Sequence record: OP558005.1 | Strand: one strand, 5' to 3' | Origin: Klebsiella phage vB_KpnM_VPA32 | DNA: 64,000 bases | Part shown: positions 47,011 through 56,487 of the stretch, in pieces | Numbering within the stretch: the stretch's first letter is position 1 | Layout of the letters: each line of letters begins with the position of its first letter | Translations under genes and position numbers: made by a program | Notes under the pieces: generated by a model | Databases searched by the model: none | What the model was told of the DNA's origin: nothing | The model's input: the letters and a program-made list of their open reading frames with translations, nothing else

Positions 47011-48068
47011 ACGCCAGCCTTAGGTTCAGAAATAACTTCTAATGAGATTCGCAATGTTTCCATTTGGCGTTTCAGCTGAATAGTACGTGAACTGATTCGT
47101 GAAACTTCGTCATTAAGATTACGCTTTTTCGTTTCAAGTTCATTGAACTCTTTTTCAAGCTCGTTAATTTTAGCTTTAATAACTTTGCCTGCATCTACAG
47201 GAGTTTCAACAATTTCTTTAACCGTGTTAGGAGTCATAATTGGCTCTTCTGGAGCAACAAAATCTTCGTTTTTCTTGATATTCAAGTTAACCATAATTTG
47301 ATGTTGGCGGGGTGTTTCAACAACAAGATTATGGAAACGCACAATATTCATTCGTTTAAGAGCTGAAATAATCTGCTTAGAGATTCGTTCCATATCACCG
47401 TTTTCACGGCCAGCACGAATGGTGATAGTCATTACATCATCACTTTCTTCAATAAATGAAATTGTCGGAATGGTCCATTTACTAGTTGAAAGCATGAAGT
47501 TAGTTTTAGCTTTGTCGTTTTCAGTCAGAAAAGCTGCACCCAAACGTAACAGACGAGGAAACTCAAAAGAAAACTGATTAATGATGAAATTAACAGCGCT
47601 TTGATTATGCATTTTATTCGTGTGCACATTAGTTTTATCACCGTCAGCGTTATAATAAAGAGCATTGTATTCGTCAGGGGCTTGCATTAAGTAATGACGA
47701 AGACGGTTATTTGCTTTAACACGACGGAGAATTCCACTGGTGCGCAGTACATCAATCCAGGCGTCGGGTTTGTTAGCATCTCCAGCAGCTATTCGCGCAG
47801 CGTTGATGCGAGCATCAATTCCCATTTTACCAAATTCAGTGTTTAAAATGGTTGAAATCCACTGACGAATACATCCAAGTTTTTCAATTCGGTCAGCTCG
47901 TAATCCTTCGCCTGGGACGAAGTTGAAAGATGATTCAGCATTAGCAATAAGTTCTTTGATGTAAGTATTGAAATTGTTGTTGGTCAACACATTTACTAAT
48001 TTCATTTCTATTCCTTCATTGTCAGGCGTAAGATTTGATTGAGAATCCGTGAAACCATTATACATCAC
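47007..48068 (-). CDS. hypothetical protein (nrdC.10-size conserved ORF)
   Basis: 353 aa with C-terminal coiled coil. Confidence 0.55.
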   Translation of the reverse strand: MMYNGFTDSQSNLTPDNEGIEMKLVNVLTNNNFNTYIKELIANAESSFNFVPGEGLRADRIEKLGCIRQWISTILNTEFGKMGIDARINAARIAAGDANKPDAWIDVLRTSGILRRVKANNRLRHYLMQAPDEYNALYYNADGDKTNVHTNKMHNQSAVNFIINQFSFEFPRLLRLGAAFLTENDKAKTNFMLSTSKWTIPTISFIEESDDVMTITIRAGRENGDMERISKQIISALKRMNIVRFHNLVVETPRQHQIMVNLNIKKNEDFVAPEEPIMTPNTVKEIVETPVDAGKVIKAKINELEKEFNELETKKRNLNDEVSRISSRTIQLKRQMETLRISLEVISEPKAGV

Positions 48069-48081
48069 GGATTTTAAAGCA

Positions 48082-48288
48082 TTAATCGAAGATGACTGCG
48101 CAAATCCAAAACAGCGGCCAAGTTGCTACTTTAAGGATAAAAATAACCCAAACCACTGGCCAAAGCATCATAATAAATGCAGCAGTATCACCATCAATGT
48201 CGATGAACCAGTCTTCTACAAGCTTAAAGAATCCAGTTGATACTGCGCCGATGGCCAAGTAAACCAGAATAGCTCCTACGATTTCCAT
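48082..48288 (-). CDS. small membrane protein
   Basis: 68 aa, two hydrophobic helices. Confidence 0.4.
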   Translation of the reverse strand: MEIVGAILVYLAIGAVSTGFFKLVEDWFIDIDGDTAAFIMMLWPVVWVIFILKVATWPLFWICAVIFD

Positions 48289-48713
48289 AGTATTTCTCTC
48301 GCTTCAATGATACGAAGTTGTGCTTGCTTGTAAGTATAAACTGCTTCTTTTAGTTGACCATTTGAAACTTGAAGATGGTCTTTATACCACTTGTTCAAGT
48401 CCTGATGCTTTTTAAAAGTTTCAACAAGTTTGTTATTTGCTTCAATTAAAGCTTCTTGAAGTTTATCAAAAGTCTTTTCAATAACTTCGCGCTTTACTGA
48501 ACCGTCATAGTTCAATTTACAAAGAATGTTAGCATGACGCCAAATTTCTCTGAGTTCTCCAAGGACGTTTTTCTTATCACCCCAAGTGAACTTATAAAGC
48601 TCTTCACAAATAGCTTCCGCCTGCTTTTCTGCTTTACTTTTAGCCATTCCAGCGTAGATATAAGCAGGAGGATAAAGGGCCGTGTTATCGACCCAGTTAG
48701 AAAGAATCAGCAT
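48276..48713 (-). CDS. hypothetical protein
   Basis: 145-aa ORF. Confidence 0.45.
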   Translation of the reverse strand: MLILSNWVDNTALYPPAYIYAGMAKSKAEKQAEAICEELYKFTWGDKKNVLGELREIWRHANILCKLNYDGSVKREVIEKTFDKLQEALIEANNKLVETFKKHQDLNKWYKDHLQVSNGQLKEAVYTYKQAQLRIIEAREILWKS

Positions 48714-49483
48714 ATAACCACCTTAGTTGGACGCTTAAAGAATGAATGAGTGCTATCGTCTTTAGCATGTTCAAAAGTTGCAGAGAATTCAATGACTCCA
48801 CGATAATCCATCAGAACTGCTTTTGGCAGAGAGCCGTAGACCGTTGCACCGTTTTCAAGACGGACAGTCATTTTGACTTGCATCCCGTAATAATCTTCCC
48901 AGCACTTAACTGAGACGACTTTGCCTTTAACTACTTGCTTACCAACAGGTGCTTCGCCTTTGTTCTTTTTGAACGATTCATACAGTTCATCAAAGAACTT
49001 CTTAGAAGCTTCTTGAATAGCCACAAGAATGTTCTTATGAGCTCTGACTTCAACCATCATAACAGTGGTGAAATCTTCAAGTTCCCAACGTTTGTAAGGT
49101 TCACGGACCTCGATAGGGCATCCGTAAAGTTTAAGTTCAACATACATTGCTGCAGTTAAACGAAGTTTCCACCATCCATGGTCTCTTGTGTACTCTGGTT
49201 TGTCAAAGTAATCAAGTTCCGTAACGTATGGAAGATAACTACCAGCGTGATATGCTTCCACTTCGCCAAGTTCATTTTCCCAGAGATAACCATCGAACGG
49301 AGCATGTGGACGATCATCAATTCCCCAGGTTGGAGCAACCACCTTATCAAATCCTTCGCGACCGTAGCGGGTCTTCGCCCATCCAGCATTCAATTCCAAA
49401 GCGCGTTCTTCAACTTTCGCTCGGCGTGCTGCGTGTGCTTTACGATTTTCATCTAAGATTGAGTCGATGATTTCAGTTAGCAT
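48707..49483 (-). CDS. hypothetical protein
   Basis: Start moved to MLTEII with GGAG Shine-Dalgarno downstream of an early promoter. Confidence 0.5.
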   Translation of the reverse strand: MLTEIIDSILDENRKAHAARRAKVEERALELNAGWAKTRYGREGFDKVVAPTWGIDDRPHAPFDGYLWENELGEVEAYHAGSYLPYVTELDYFDKPEYTRDHGWWKLRLTAAMYVELKLYGCPIEVREPYKRWELEDFTTVMMVEVRAHKNILVAIQEASKKFFDELYESFKKNKGEAPVGKQVVKGKVVSVKCWEDYYGMQVKMTVRLENGATVYGSLPKAVLMDYRGVIEFSATFEHAKDDSTHSFFKRPTKVVIC

Positions 49484-49513
49484 TTTGTTTCTCCATTGGT
49501 TGATTACGAGACT

Positions 49514-49543
49514 ATCATATACTAACTTTTTAGTGTTGTAAAC
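49514..49543 (-). promoter_or_regulatory. T4-type early promoter
   Basis: GTTTAC 49538-49543, 18 nt, TATGAT 49514-49519; preceded by a terminator. Confidence 0.55.
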
Positions 49544-49624
49544 GGTTGAATGCGGATTCACCAGAACGGTTGAGAGGAACTTTCTTGCGAAGGATGATAA
49601 ATCATATTACGAGGATACAAAAAT

Positions 49625-49643
49625 GCCCCAGCGAAGCCGGGGC
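49625..49643 (-). terminator. intrinsic terminator
   Basis: GCCCCGGC-UUCG-CUGGGGC followed by AUUUUUG. Confidence 0.5.
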
Positions 49644-49648
49644 GAACT

Positions 49649-50014
49649 TTAGTGATAAGCTGGAGTATTAGGGTCGCCTGAGAACCACACGGAAGTACTA
49701 ACCTCAGTGGCTTTCATTTGAGTTTCAAAAGCCTCTTCATTTATTGCTTTTTCTTTTTCAAACAGACGCTGCGCATGGATTTGCATTCGGTCCATTTCAA
49801 TAAGCCCAATAGTTTTTAGGCGAATGAATTCAGACTTTGCAGCCATTCGCCCTTTTATATCTATGACAGTTGGGTATTTAACTAATAGCTCAAATCCTCT
49901 GTCATATTGTTTTTCATAAAGCTCAACTGCACCAACCATTCTGCGAATGAAGTTGCAATGAATATCTGATAGCCGCTGTTTGTAATTCTTAATGATTAAA
50001 TCTTTTAAATTCAC
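49649..50014 (-). CDS. hypothetical protein
   Basis: Probable GTG start coupled (GTGA) to the upstream stop. Confidence 0.4.
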   Translation of the reverse strand: MNLKDLIIKNYKQRLSDIHCNFIRRMVGAVELYEKQYDRGFELLVKYPTVIDIKGRMAAKSEFIRLKTIGLIEMDRMQIHAQRLFEKEKAINEEAFETQMKATEVSTSVWFSGDPNTPAYH

Positions 50015-50445
50015 TGCTTCCACTCCTCTGTTCGACCTATTCGGTCCGGGTGACAATTCCAGAAATAGTCCTTGCACTTATTTCCATTAGTGCGACAAAA
50101 CTTTTGCTGGTATGATTTCTTTTTAAATGGCTCACCGCAACTTGGACATACTAATGTAGTGCCAACTTTCATTAATGCATTATTTCGGTAGATGGGTTCC
50201 ATGATATCATATCTGGTTGTTGTGGCCTTCTTTTGAGGACTTTGACTACTATGCTCTTTGACTTCTGTAAGCTTTCTTTCTCGAGTTGTGCTAGTCCTTT
50301 GACTACTGTTGAGAAGTCTGAGGACTTCAATTCGGTCACCATGCAAGTTGATGGGTCGAGGCTCGTGACCATATTCTTCATTTTCATAGTCTTCGTCTTC
50401 ATAATCATCATACCAATCGTTTAGTTCATCTAATCCGTAGCCCAT
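50011..50445 (-). CDS. zinc-finger protein
   Basis: 144 aa; CPSCGEPF...C..C..C. Confidence 0.45.
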   Translation of the reverse strand: MGYGLDELNDWYDDYEDEDYENEEYGHEPRPINLHGDRIEVLRLLNSSQRTSTTRERKLTEVKEHSSQSPQKKATTTRYDIMEPIYRNNALMKVGTTLVCPSCGEPFKKKSYQQKFCRTNGNKCKDYFWNCHPDRIGRTEEWKQ

Positions 50446-50661
50446 TTATTTACCTACAATTAAAACACCAACCATGAAAATAATCCAGAACGGATAGAAT
50501 AAAATCATAGACCATTCTGCTAACCATTTAACTACTTTTTGTTTAGTAGTGCGACAGCTTGAAGCTGGCATTCCAAGACACCAAGCGAAAGTTCTGAGAA
50601 AGGCAACTCCACCCAGTAAATAAACCACTATTGCCAAAGCAATAAGAACTGGAATTACCAT
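50446..50661 (-). CDS. small membrane protein
   Basis: 71 aa, two TM helices. Confidence 0.4.
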   Translation of the reverse strand: MVIPVLIALAIVVYLLGGVAFLRTFAWCLGMPASSCRTTKQKVVKWLAEWSMILFYPFWIIFMVGVLIVGK

Positions 50662-50840
50662 AAGTCTTTCCTTAATAGATTTTCAACATCACTTCTATAA
50701 ACTGAAGCAGAAGTGATAAGTTCATCGTCGAACTTCAATTCGATTTCTAATGTTCCAAACAATGAATCATTGCGGACTTCAATTGTTAAGTTCTCTTTAA
50801 TCATTTCTTTTAGCAAAACTCTCATTTCTTCGGGATTCAT
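50655..50840 (-). CDS. hypothetical protein
   Basis: 61-aa ORF. Confidence 0.35.
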   Translation of the reverse strand: MNPEEMRVLLKEMIKENLTIEVRNDSLFGTLEIELKFDDELITSASVYRSDVENLLRKDLW

Positions 50841-51340
50841 AGTTTCATCTCAATTCGTTCTTTGCTTTTAACACCCTTTCCATTATCAGAGTGTTTGCGT
50901 TCAAAGATATAATCATATGGGTCATCAATATCCATACGCTGCCAGAATACACCAAGTTGAATATTGCCTGGGTCATTAGGTTTAGAACCTGTGCAACGAC
51001 CTAAGTCGCGGCGGGAATAGCGATGATGACCATTTTCGTCCATGATAGTTTCATAGCCTGTGCGTCCACGACCTTCAAGGTCTTTGAATTCAACCATCTT
51101 CACTTTATCGCCAGACAGAGTTTCATAAGTATATCCAGTTTCAAAGTAAGATGGATTTCCGTCTTTTGATTGAACCATAACAATAACATCTTCAATATTC
51201 TGGTCATCATTATAAGTGCCAAGATGCCATACTGCTTGATATTGGTTTTCAGCTTTTACTGTCGCTACACGGAACTTTTCGTCCCAAACACCATTGACAA
51301 AACGTTTGAATTTGATTTCATAAGTGATTAATTTGCTCAT
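50837..51340 (-). CDS. hypothetical protein
   Basis: 167-aa ORF. Confidence 0.45.
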   Translation of the reverse strand: MSKLITYEIKFKRFVNGVWDEKFRVATVKAENQYQAVWHLGTYNDDQNIEDVIVMVQSKDGNPSYFETGYTYETLSGDKVKMVEFKDLEGRGRTGYETIMDENGHHRYSRRDLGRCTGSKPNDPGNIQLGVFWQRMDIDDPYDYIFERKHSDNGKGVKSKERIEMKL

Positions 51341-51350
51341 TATAATTTCC

Positions 51351-51701
51351 TCAGATTAAGCCTAATGCACGTTTTTCTTCAGGGTTCAATTTAGATAAAG
51401 CGTTCTGTTTTACTTTTTCTAAACGAGCAACTCGTTCTGCTTCTGTTTCAGTGCGAATTTCAAAACCATCTTTCTTTAAGAAAGAAAGTTTGCTTCCGTC
51501 TTCAAAGGTGAGTGTCAAAGCTTTGACAGGATGCCGGTCAACTGTACCGTTTGAACCATACCAGGATTTACCAGCGACACTCTCTTCAGCTTTAAAATAA
51601 GAGTCATAGTAACCATAAACTTCTGAGCGGCGGTCGTCTGGTGAAACTCTGGCGACATAGACGTCTGATTCTTTTACACTGATTACTTTCATTGTACCCA
51701 T
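51351..51701 (-). CDS. hypothetical protein
   Basis: 116-aa ORF. Confidence 0.45.
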   Translation of the reverse strand: MGTMKVISVKESDVYVARVSPDDRRSEVYGYYDSYFKAEESVAGKSWYGSNGTVDRHPVKALTLTFEDGSKLSFLKKDGFEIRTETEAERVARLEKVKQNALSKLNPEEKRALGLI

Positions 51702-51873
51702 TCTCCATTCTCGTCGATATAATTAATCCAGTTTGAAATAGTCCAAGAAGAAGTATTTCCTTTAGGAACATCAACAATATACATTCCGCTTTTAAATAAA
51801 ATTCGCTTTACATCATTGGAAATTAAAGAAGCCATAATATTTTCCTCAATTGGGGCTTTCGCCCCGTGGTTGA

Positions 51874-52851
51874 TTATTTCAGCATAGTTACTTCAGCAAT
51901 TTCAGTCCAGTTTTTCTCGTCAGTAGCGACGAAATCTGCCAGGTAAAGAGCTGTGCGGAGAGATACATTACGAAGACGATTAACGTTGTTTTGCATAAAT
52001 GCCAGAACGTCAAGTACTTGGTAATGCTTTAATCCGCGGTTCTGCAACATGTCGGTTGTCATAATAACATCTTCAACACGAGACATGATTTCTTCATTTG
52101 TGTGAACACCGAGGTCCAGATAAACAGAACGAGATACCAAAGCAGAAAGATGCGGAGCTAATTTGCTACCACGTTCTAATTCTTTGTCAATATCAACGTT
52201 AGTGATGAATACGATAGTACCTTCAAATTCAAATTCGTTCGGAATATCTTTTTCTTCCAGGAAAGCAGAAGCAGTTGACCAGCAAACTTTACGTTTTTCG
52301 CCAGAATCAAGTGCAGCTTTCAGAAGGTTCAGAATGTCCATATCAGAAAATACGTCCACATCATCAATAAGCAGAACAGAATTTGAATGGCGAGATTCCC
52401 AAAGACGGCAGTAAAGACCGATACCAGAAATCTTACCGTTAACCATTTTGTATTCAATATCACCGCGAGCATCTGCTTTAGTTAATGCTTTATCTAAGGA
52501 GAAAGTTTTACCGATACCAGCAGCACCTGAGATAATCAGTGAACGAATGTTCCCGTTAACCAGACCAGCAGTCATTAACCCCATAACGTTGAAGCGTTTA
52601 GCGATACGTGCTTTCATTTCTTCAACAGATTCGGTCAGAACTTCTTTGACTTCTTGTCCTTCAATTTTGTAATCACCGTGGAAAACCCATACTCCGCGTT
52701 TCTTACCATCGATGTTTACGAATACTTTACCATCACCCTGAGCAGCGTCAGATTCTGATAAATCTTTTGGGAACCACTCGCCCAGAAGTTCGAAGGTACC
52801 AGAGATTTCTTTACCGAAGTTAGTACCTTTAACGATAGTGATGGTTTTCAT
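51874..52851 (-). CDS. AAA+ ATPase domain protein
   Basis: 325 aa; GAAGIGKT Walker A, VLLIDDVD Walker B; first gene after an early promoter. Confidence 0.6.
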   Translation of the reverse strand: MKTITIVKGTNFGKEISGTFELLGEWFPKDLSESDAAQGDGKVFVNIDGKKRGVWVFHGDYKIEGQEVKEVLTESVEEMKARIAKRFNVMGLMTAGLVNGNIRSLIISGAAGIGKTFSLDKALTKADARGDIEYKMVNGKISGIGLYCRLWESRHSNSVLLIDDVDVFSDMDILNLLKAALDSGEKRKVCWSTASAFLEEKDIPNEFEFEGTIVFITNVDIDKELERGSKLAPHLSALVSRSVYLDLGVHTNEEIMSRVEDVIMTTDMLQNRGLKHYQVLDVLAFMQNNVNRLRNVSLRTALYLADFVATDEKNWTEIAEVTMLK

Positions 52852-52888
52852 TTTGTTCTCCGAGTTTCTATTTGTTTGGTATGAGGTA

Positions 52889-52918
52889 ATAGTATCATCA
52901 TCTCATACCGTTGTAAAC
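52889..52918 (-). promoter_or_regulatory. T4-type early promoter upstream of AAA+ ATPase gene
   Basis: GTTTAC 52913-52918, 18 nt, TACTAT 52889-52894. Confidence 0.55.
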
Positions 52919-52921
52919 AAT

Positions 52922-53185
52922 TTATTTTAATGTTCGCCAAATTTTTACTGCTTCTCGTCTTGAGACTTCTACTGCTCCAAGTTCTACTGCTTTTTGACGT
53001 CTGTCTTCACGGAGGTCGTAGTGCTTGACTCGTTTGTCCTGAAACCACGAACGTTTCATACCTATAGCTTTTGCCATTTCATGGAGTTCTTCAATATCTC
53101 CATCTGTGAACATATGACAATTTTTAGTAGGGTGGCCGCGAAGCTTCCACCCGTGATTCATTAGCACATCGACATAAACTGTCAT
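52922..53185 (-). CDS. hypothetical protein (DUF4031-like)
   Basis: 87 aa; MTVYVD...GHP..CHMF. Confidence 0.4.
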   Translation of the reverse strand: MTVYVDVLMNHGWKLRGHPTKNCHMFTDGDIEELHEMAKAIGMKRSWFQDKRVKHYDLREDRRQKAVELGAVEVSRREAVKIWRTLK

Positions 53186-53327
53186 TTATTTGCTTCCAAA
53201 TAAGCTTCTATGATTTTCTGCGCGAGATAAACTGCGTTATCTTCGGTAGCATCTTCAAGGAAAAACTCAAAGCATGTTTGAATTTCTTCATTATCAATGA
53301 GTTCTTTAACTTCAAGCGGAGTAGTTT

Positions 53328-53546
53328 TCATTTAAGCTCCAGAATTTCGTTGATGTAGTAAGGACGAACTTTAGAGTCCAAGAAGAACTCATCAACGAAG
53401 TCAATCAGTTCGTCAGTTGTACCAGAGATGTTTGCTAACTTAGAGAAAACTTCCCCAACCATCAGAGCTTCAAATTTAACATTGTACTGGCGGGCTACTT
53501 CTTCAGCTTTTGCAACGTTGTTTACTACGATTTGTAAAGTTTTCAT
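53328..53546 (-). CDS. hypothetical protein
   Basis: Start moved to MKTLQ with AAGGAG Shine-Dalgarno; the ORF-track N-terminus covers a promoter. Confidence 0.4.
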   Translation of the reverse strand: MKTLQIVVNNVAKAEEVARQYNVKFEALMVGEVFSKLANISGTTDELIDFVDEFFLDSKVRPYYINEILELK

Positions 53547-53574
53547 TTTGTTCTCCTTTAGTTTTGATAGTGCT

Positions 53575-53604
53575 ATAATACCATATGCTATAGCACTTGT
53601 AAAC
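53575..53604 (-). promoter_or_regulatory. T4-type early promoter
   Basis: GTTTAC 53599-53604, 18 nt, TATTAT 53575-53580; inside palindrome 53570-53596. Confidence 0.5.
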
Positions 53605-53611
53605 AATATTT

Positions 53612-53896
53612 TTAAGCAATGTATGGAGTTGCTGAACCGTCTGAGTAACGTGCCCATACTTCGTTGCCGACGTTGAAAAGTTTTGCTTTACGACCGTTAG
53701 GCATCTGAACCATTTTGCTTTTAACCGGAGTTACAGCTTCAATCAAAGTTCCAGCAGCTTTTGCATTTTCTTTAGTTTTAAGAATTTTTTCCATGTATTC
53801 AACGTATTCGATGATAGCAGGTGCCATATGCTGTTTGTGGCCCATACCGCCAAAATCGAATTCAGTTACTGCGTAGAAAGTTTTTGAAGTAGCCAT
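53612..53896 (-). CDS. hypothetical protein
   Basis: 94-aa ORF after an early promoter. Confidence 0.45.
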   Translation of the reverse strand: MATSKTFYAVTEFDFGGMGHKQHMAPAIIEYVEYMEKILKTKENAKAAGTLIEAVTPVKSKMVQMPNGRKAKLFNVGNEVWARYSDGSATPYIA

Positions 53897-53938
53897 TTTA
53901 TTATCCTTGATTTTTGTTACCGTTTAGTTGATAGAGAT

Positions 53939-53968
53939 ATAGTATCAAAACTTAAAGCATCTGTAAAC
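53939..53968 (-). promoter_or_regulatory. T4-type early promoter
   Basis: GTTTAC 53963-53968, 18 nt, TACTAT 53939-53944; preceded by a terminator. Confidence 0.55.
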
Positions 53969-53994
53969 ACTTTTTGAAAACTTTCTTCAAAAAC

Positions 53995-54018
53995 AACAAA
54001 ACCTCCCGAAGGAGGTTA
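53995..54018 (-). terminator. intrinsic terminator
   Basis: CCUCC-UUCG-GGAGG followed by UUUUGUUGUUUUU. Confidence 0.6.
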
Positions 54019-54276
54019 TTTTGAATGTTTTTCTAGCTGACGTTCAGCAAACAGCTTTGGCTGCATTAACAACCAACTTAAGATACGCCAGATGACTTGT
54101 ATGACACCGACAGGTAGCCATAATATAATACTAAACAAGTAATTAAAAGGTGTCTCTATGAACCCTCGTTTAACGAGAGCGTTTGTGATGAGCCACCCGA
54201 CGGCTAGATAAACCAATACAATAAAGACAGGCATAATCCACCATAGTTGAGCCAAAAGTAAAGTAACCATAATCAC
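54016..54276 (-). CDS. small membrane protein
   Basis: 86 aa, two TM helices; followed by a terminator. Confidence 0.45.
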   Translation of the reverse strand: MIMVTLLLAQLWWIMPVFIVLVYLAVGWLITNALVKRGFIETPFNYLFSIILWLPVGVIQVIWRILSWLLMQPKLFAERQLEKHSK

Positions 54277-55283
54277 CTGTAGTAAGAGTTGTGATTAGCC
54301 AGATAAACTTCTTCCAAGAACTTGTCCCAGAATGTCATGTCAACTTTATCAGGCATACCGTTTTTAGAAGCAATGATGCTTTGACGTTCAACTTCGTCAA
54401 CACAGATTTCTAACCACTCTTGAACTTCTTTGAATGGAATAGTACCGGCTTTAACTTTCTTGATGAACTCAGCATCTTTAAGCGGATAAACCAAATCACC
54501 GGTGGTGTAGATTTCCTGGAGCTGAAGACCGCCACGAAGAGCATGAGACAGAGCTTTCCAATCTACGCCTTCGTTAGCTTCTGCTTTACGAGCACGTTCG
54601 CCATATTCATTCCATAGCTTAGTGAGACTGTACTTCATTTCAGCAACCGTGATTGTCGTCTGGAATTTACGACCAAGCACATTGTAGAACTTCTGAACAC
54701 CAGATTTGTGGTCAACAAAATCAGTCCATTCGAGGAACTCTGAAGTCGGCAGCAGATGAGCAATATCAGCAACTTTCCAACGAACATTGTGAGCTTTATC
54801 CTTTGGACGATCTTCATATTTCCATTCTGGATAAGGCTCTAACACCTCAAGCACTTTACGAAGTTCAGCTAAACGAGAACCTTTGACACCATACTTAGCC
54901 GCTTGTTTACGAACATAACCAAGATAAGCTTTCATATCAGTGGTGTAGAAACGCCAGCGGTTATCTTGAACGAATTTCCAGACTTCAGGAAGTTCAGACT
55001 TAACAACCATGTTCACAGGAGTGTGAAGCATGTCCAACGCAACAGTTTCACCTGTAGCTGCTAATTGCAGGAAATACTTCAAAGAATAGAGTTCATGGTC
55101 AACGTCATCATGGGAGTTCTTCATTGAAGAGTTGTTGGTGTTCAAGTTGGTGTGATTCATTGCACGACAAAGCAGAATCTCTTTCGGATGAGGAACAAAG
55201 ATTTCTTTGAAGTCCGTGTCACTTTCTGGTGTTGACGTACCATAAAGATGGCTACCGAAGTAGCCTTTCATAACTGTTTTCAT
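54273..55283 (-). CDS. predicted nucleotidyltransferase (Pol-beta superfamily, PF10127-like)
   Basis: 336 aa; N-terminal GSHLYGTSTPESDTDFKEIF (G[SG]...D.D motif). Confidence 0.6.
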   Translation of the reverse strand: MKTVMKGYFGSHLYGTSTPESDTDFKEIFVPHPKEILLCRAMNHTNLNTNNSSMKNSHDDVDHELYSLKYFLQLAATGETVALDMLHTPVNMVVKSELPEVWKFVQDNRWRFYTTDMKAYLGYVRKQAAKYGVKGSRLAELRKVLEVLEPYPEWKYEDRPKDKAHNVRWKVADIAHLLPTSEFLEWTDFVDHKSGVQKFYNVLGRKFQTTITVAEMKYSLTKLWNEYGERARKAEANEGVDWKALSHALRGGLQLQEIYTTGDLVYPLKDAEFIKKVKAGTIPFKEVQEWLEICVDEVERQSIIASKNGMPDKVDMTFWDKFLEEVYLANHNSYYR

Positions 55284-55705
55284 AGATAAATGTGTTGTCC
55301 TTTGGCAAATTTTACTAGCTCATTAGTGATTTTAACACATTGTTCAACGTGTTCTTTATCTTCGCTTTTCTTTGAAGTTCGATTAATACTTCCGACTTTC
55401 TGTTGAGAATAATAATATTTAACTTCATGCGTATGATATTCTTGGCCATCTGGATGTTGTTCACGTTGAACGTGTTCTTTCAAAACAGTTTCATACAATG
55501 GAACTAATGCCCAGTCACTTCCAGTATTAATAATTGCCACTTGAATGTCAAGTTTATTCCACTTAAAAGCATTGACATATCCAAGGACCCTTTGGGAAGG
55601 GTCCATCATAGCAAATTTTATTTCTGAAATAGAAGCCATCTTCATTTGTTTTAGAATTGACATACTAAGTTTTTTCTTAGTAGTTACAACTTCTATTTCA
55701 ATCAT
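55280..55705 (-). CDS. hypothetical protein
   Basis: 141-aa ORF, coupled. Confidence 0.45.
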   Translation of the reverse strand: MIEIEVVTTKKKLSMSILKQMKMASISEIKFAMMDPSQRVLGYVNAFKWNKLDIQVAIINTGSDWALVPLYETVLKEHVQREQHPDGQEYHTHEVKYYYSQQKVGSINRTSKKSEDKEHVEQCVKITNELVKFAKGQHIYL

Positions 55706-56256
55706 TTAGTCGGTTGACCCCATGTGAATTGACCACCGAAAGCCGCAATCAAGGAAGTGTCATTCAGATTAACCGGCAGACCGTCACCGCTTTCGGATTC
55801 GAGGAACATTGTACCACCATTTTTAGTGATAGCAATTACAGTGAATTCTTTAGAACCCTTTTGGAAGACATCACCAACAACTACCGGAATATTTTTAAAA
55901 CCAGAAGCTTCGGTTTCATATGTTTCCGTATTCCGACCTTCTTTTGGTCTGAAATTAGTAAAATCAACCAGACACTTATTGCGGTTTGAAGTTACATACA
56001 CATTAGTAACACCATATGATGTAATTTTATCTTCACCATAAATGAAGAGCTCAATCATCACACGGTTTGAATATACTTTTAAAACAGCTCGTTGATTTTT
56101 ATTGATTTTAAGGAAAATATGAGTTGCTCCTTGGCAACGGCTAATAAAATCAATTTCACCGTCAAATTCTGTTGTTCCTGATTGAACAGTAATTGAGCGT
56201 CCAACTTCAAGTTCTTTCTTTACAATGCCTTTAGCTTTCACTTGACGAATAAACAT
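55702..56256 (-). CDS. hypothetical protein
   Basis: 184-aa ORF. Confidence 0.45.
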   Translation of the reverse strand: MFIRQVKAKGIVKKELEVGRSITVQSGTTEFDGEIDFISRCQGATHIFLKINKNQRAVLKVYSNRVMIELFIYGEDKITSYGVTNVYVTSNRNKCLVDFTNFRPKEGRNTETYETEASGFKNIPVVVGDVFQKGSKEFTVIAITKNGGTMFLESESGDGLPVNLNDTSLIAAFGGQFTWGQPTK

Positions 56257-56265
56257 AATATTTTC

Positions 56266-56487
56266 CTATAAGAAGCGCCATGAGCCATTACGATATGCAA
56301 CTGAACGGTCCATCATTTCGGAAGATGTAGAACTTCCGCTGAGTTTGTCATGAACTACTGTAATTTTGCGTCCGTCAGCAAAAATAAATTCGGCTACTGG
56401 ACGCAGGCCAGTAAAGCCTTTGTCCACAGTTGCGTTAAATTTAGCAGATTCACCGTTGATAATATAGTTCTGGTCTTGTTTAAGCAT
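56266..56487 (-). CDS. hypothetical protein
   Basis: 73-aa ORF. Confidence 0.4.
   Translation of the reverse strand: MLKQDQNYIINGESAKFNATVDKGFTGLRPVAEFIFADGRKITVVHDKLSGSSTSSEMMDRSVAYRNGSWRFL

Noticed and set aside
50172-50411. 79-aa minus-strand ORF overlapping 50011..50445 in another frame
   Set aside because: Completely nested within a better ORF; Met-rich, low-complexity translation.
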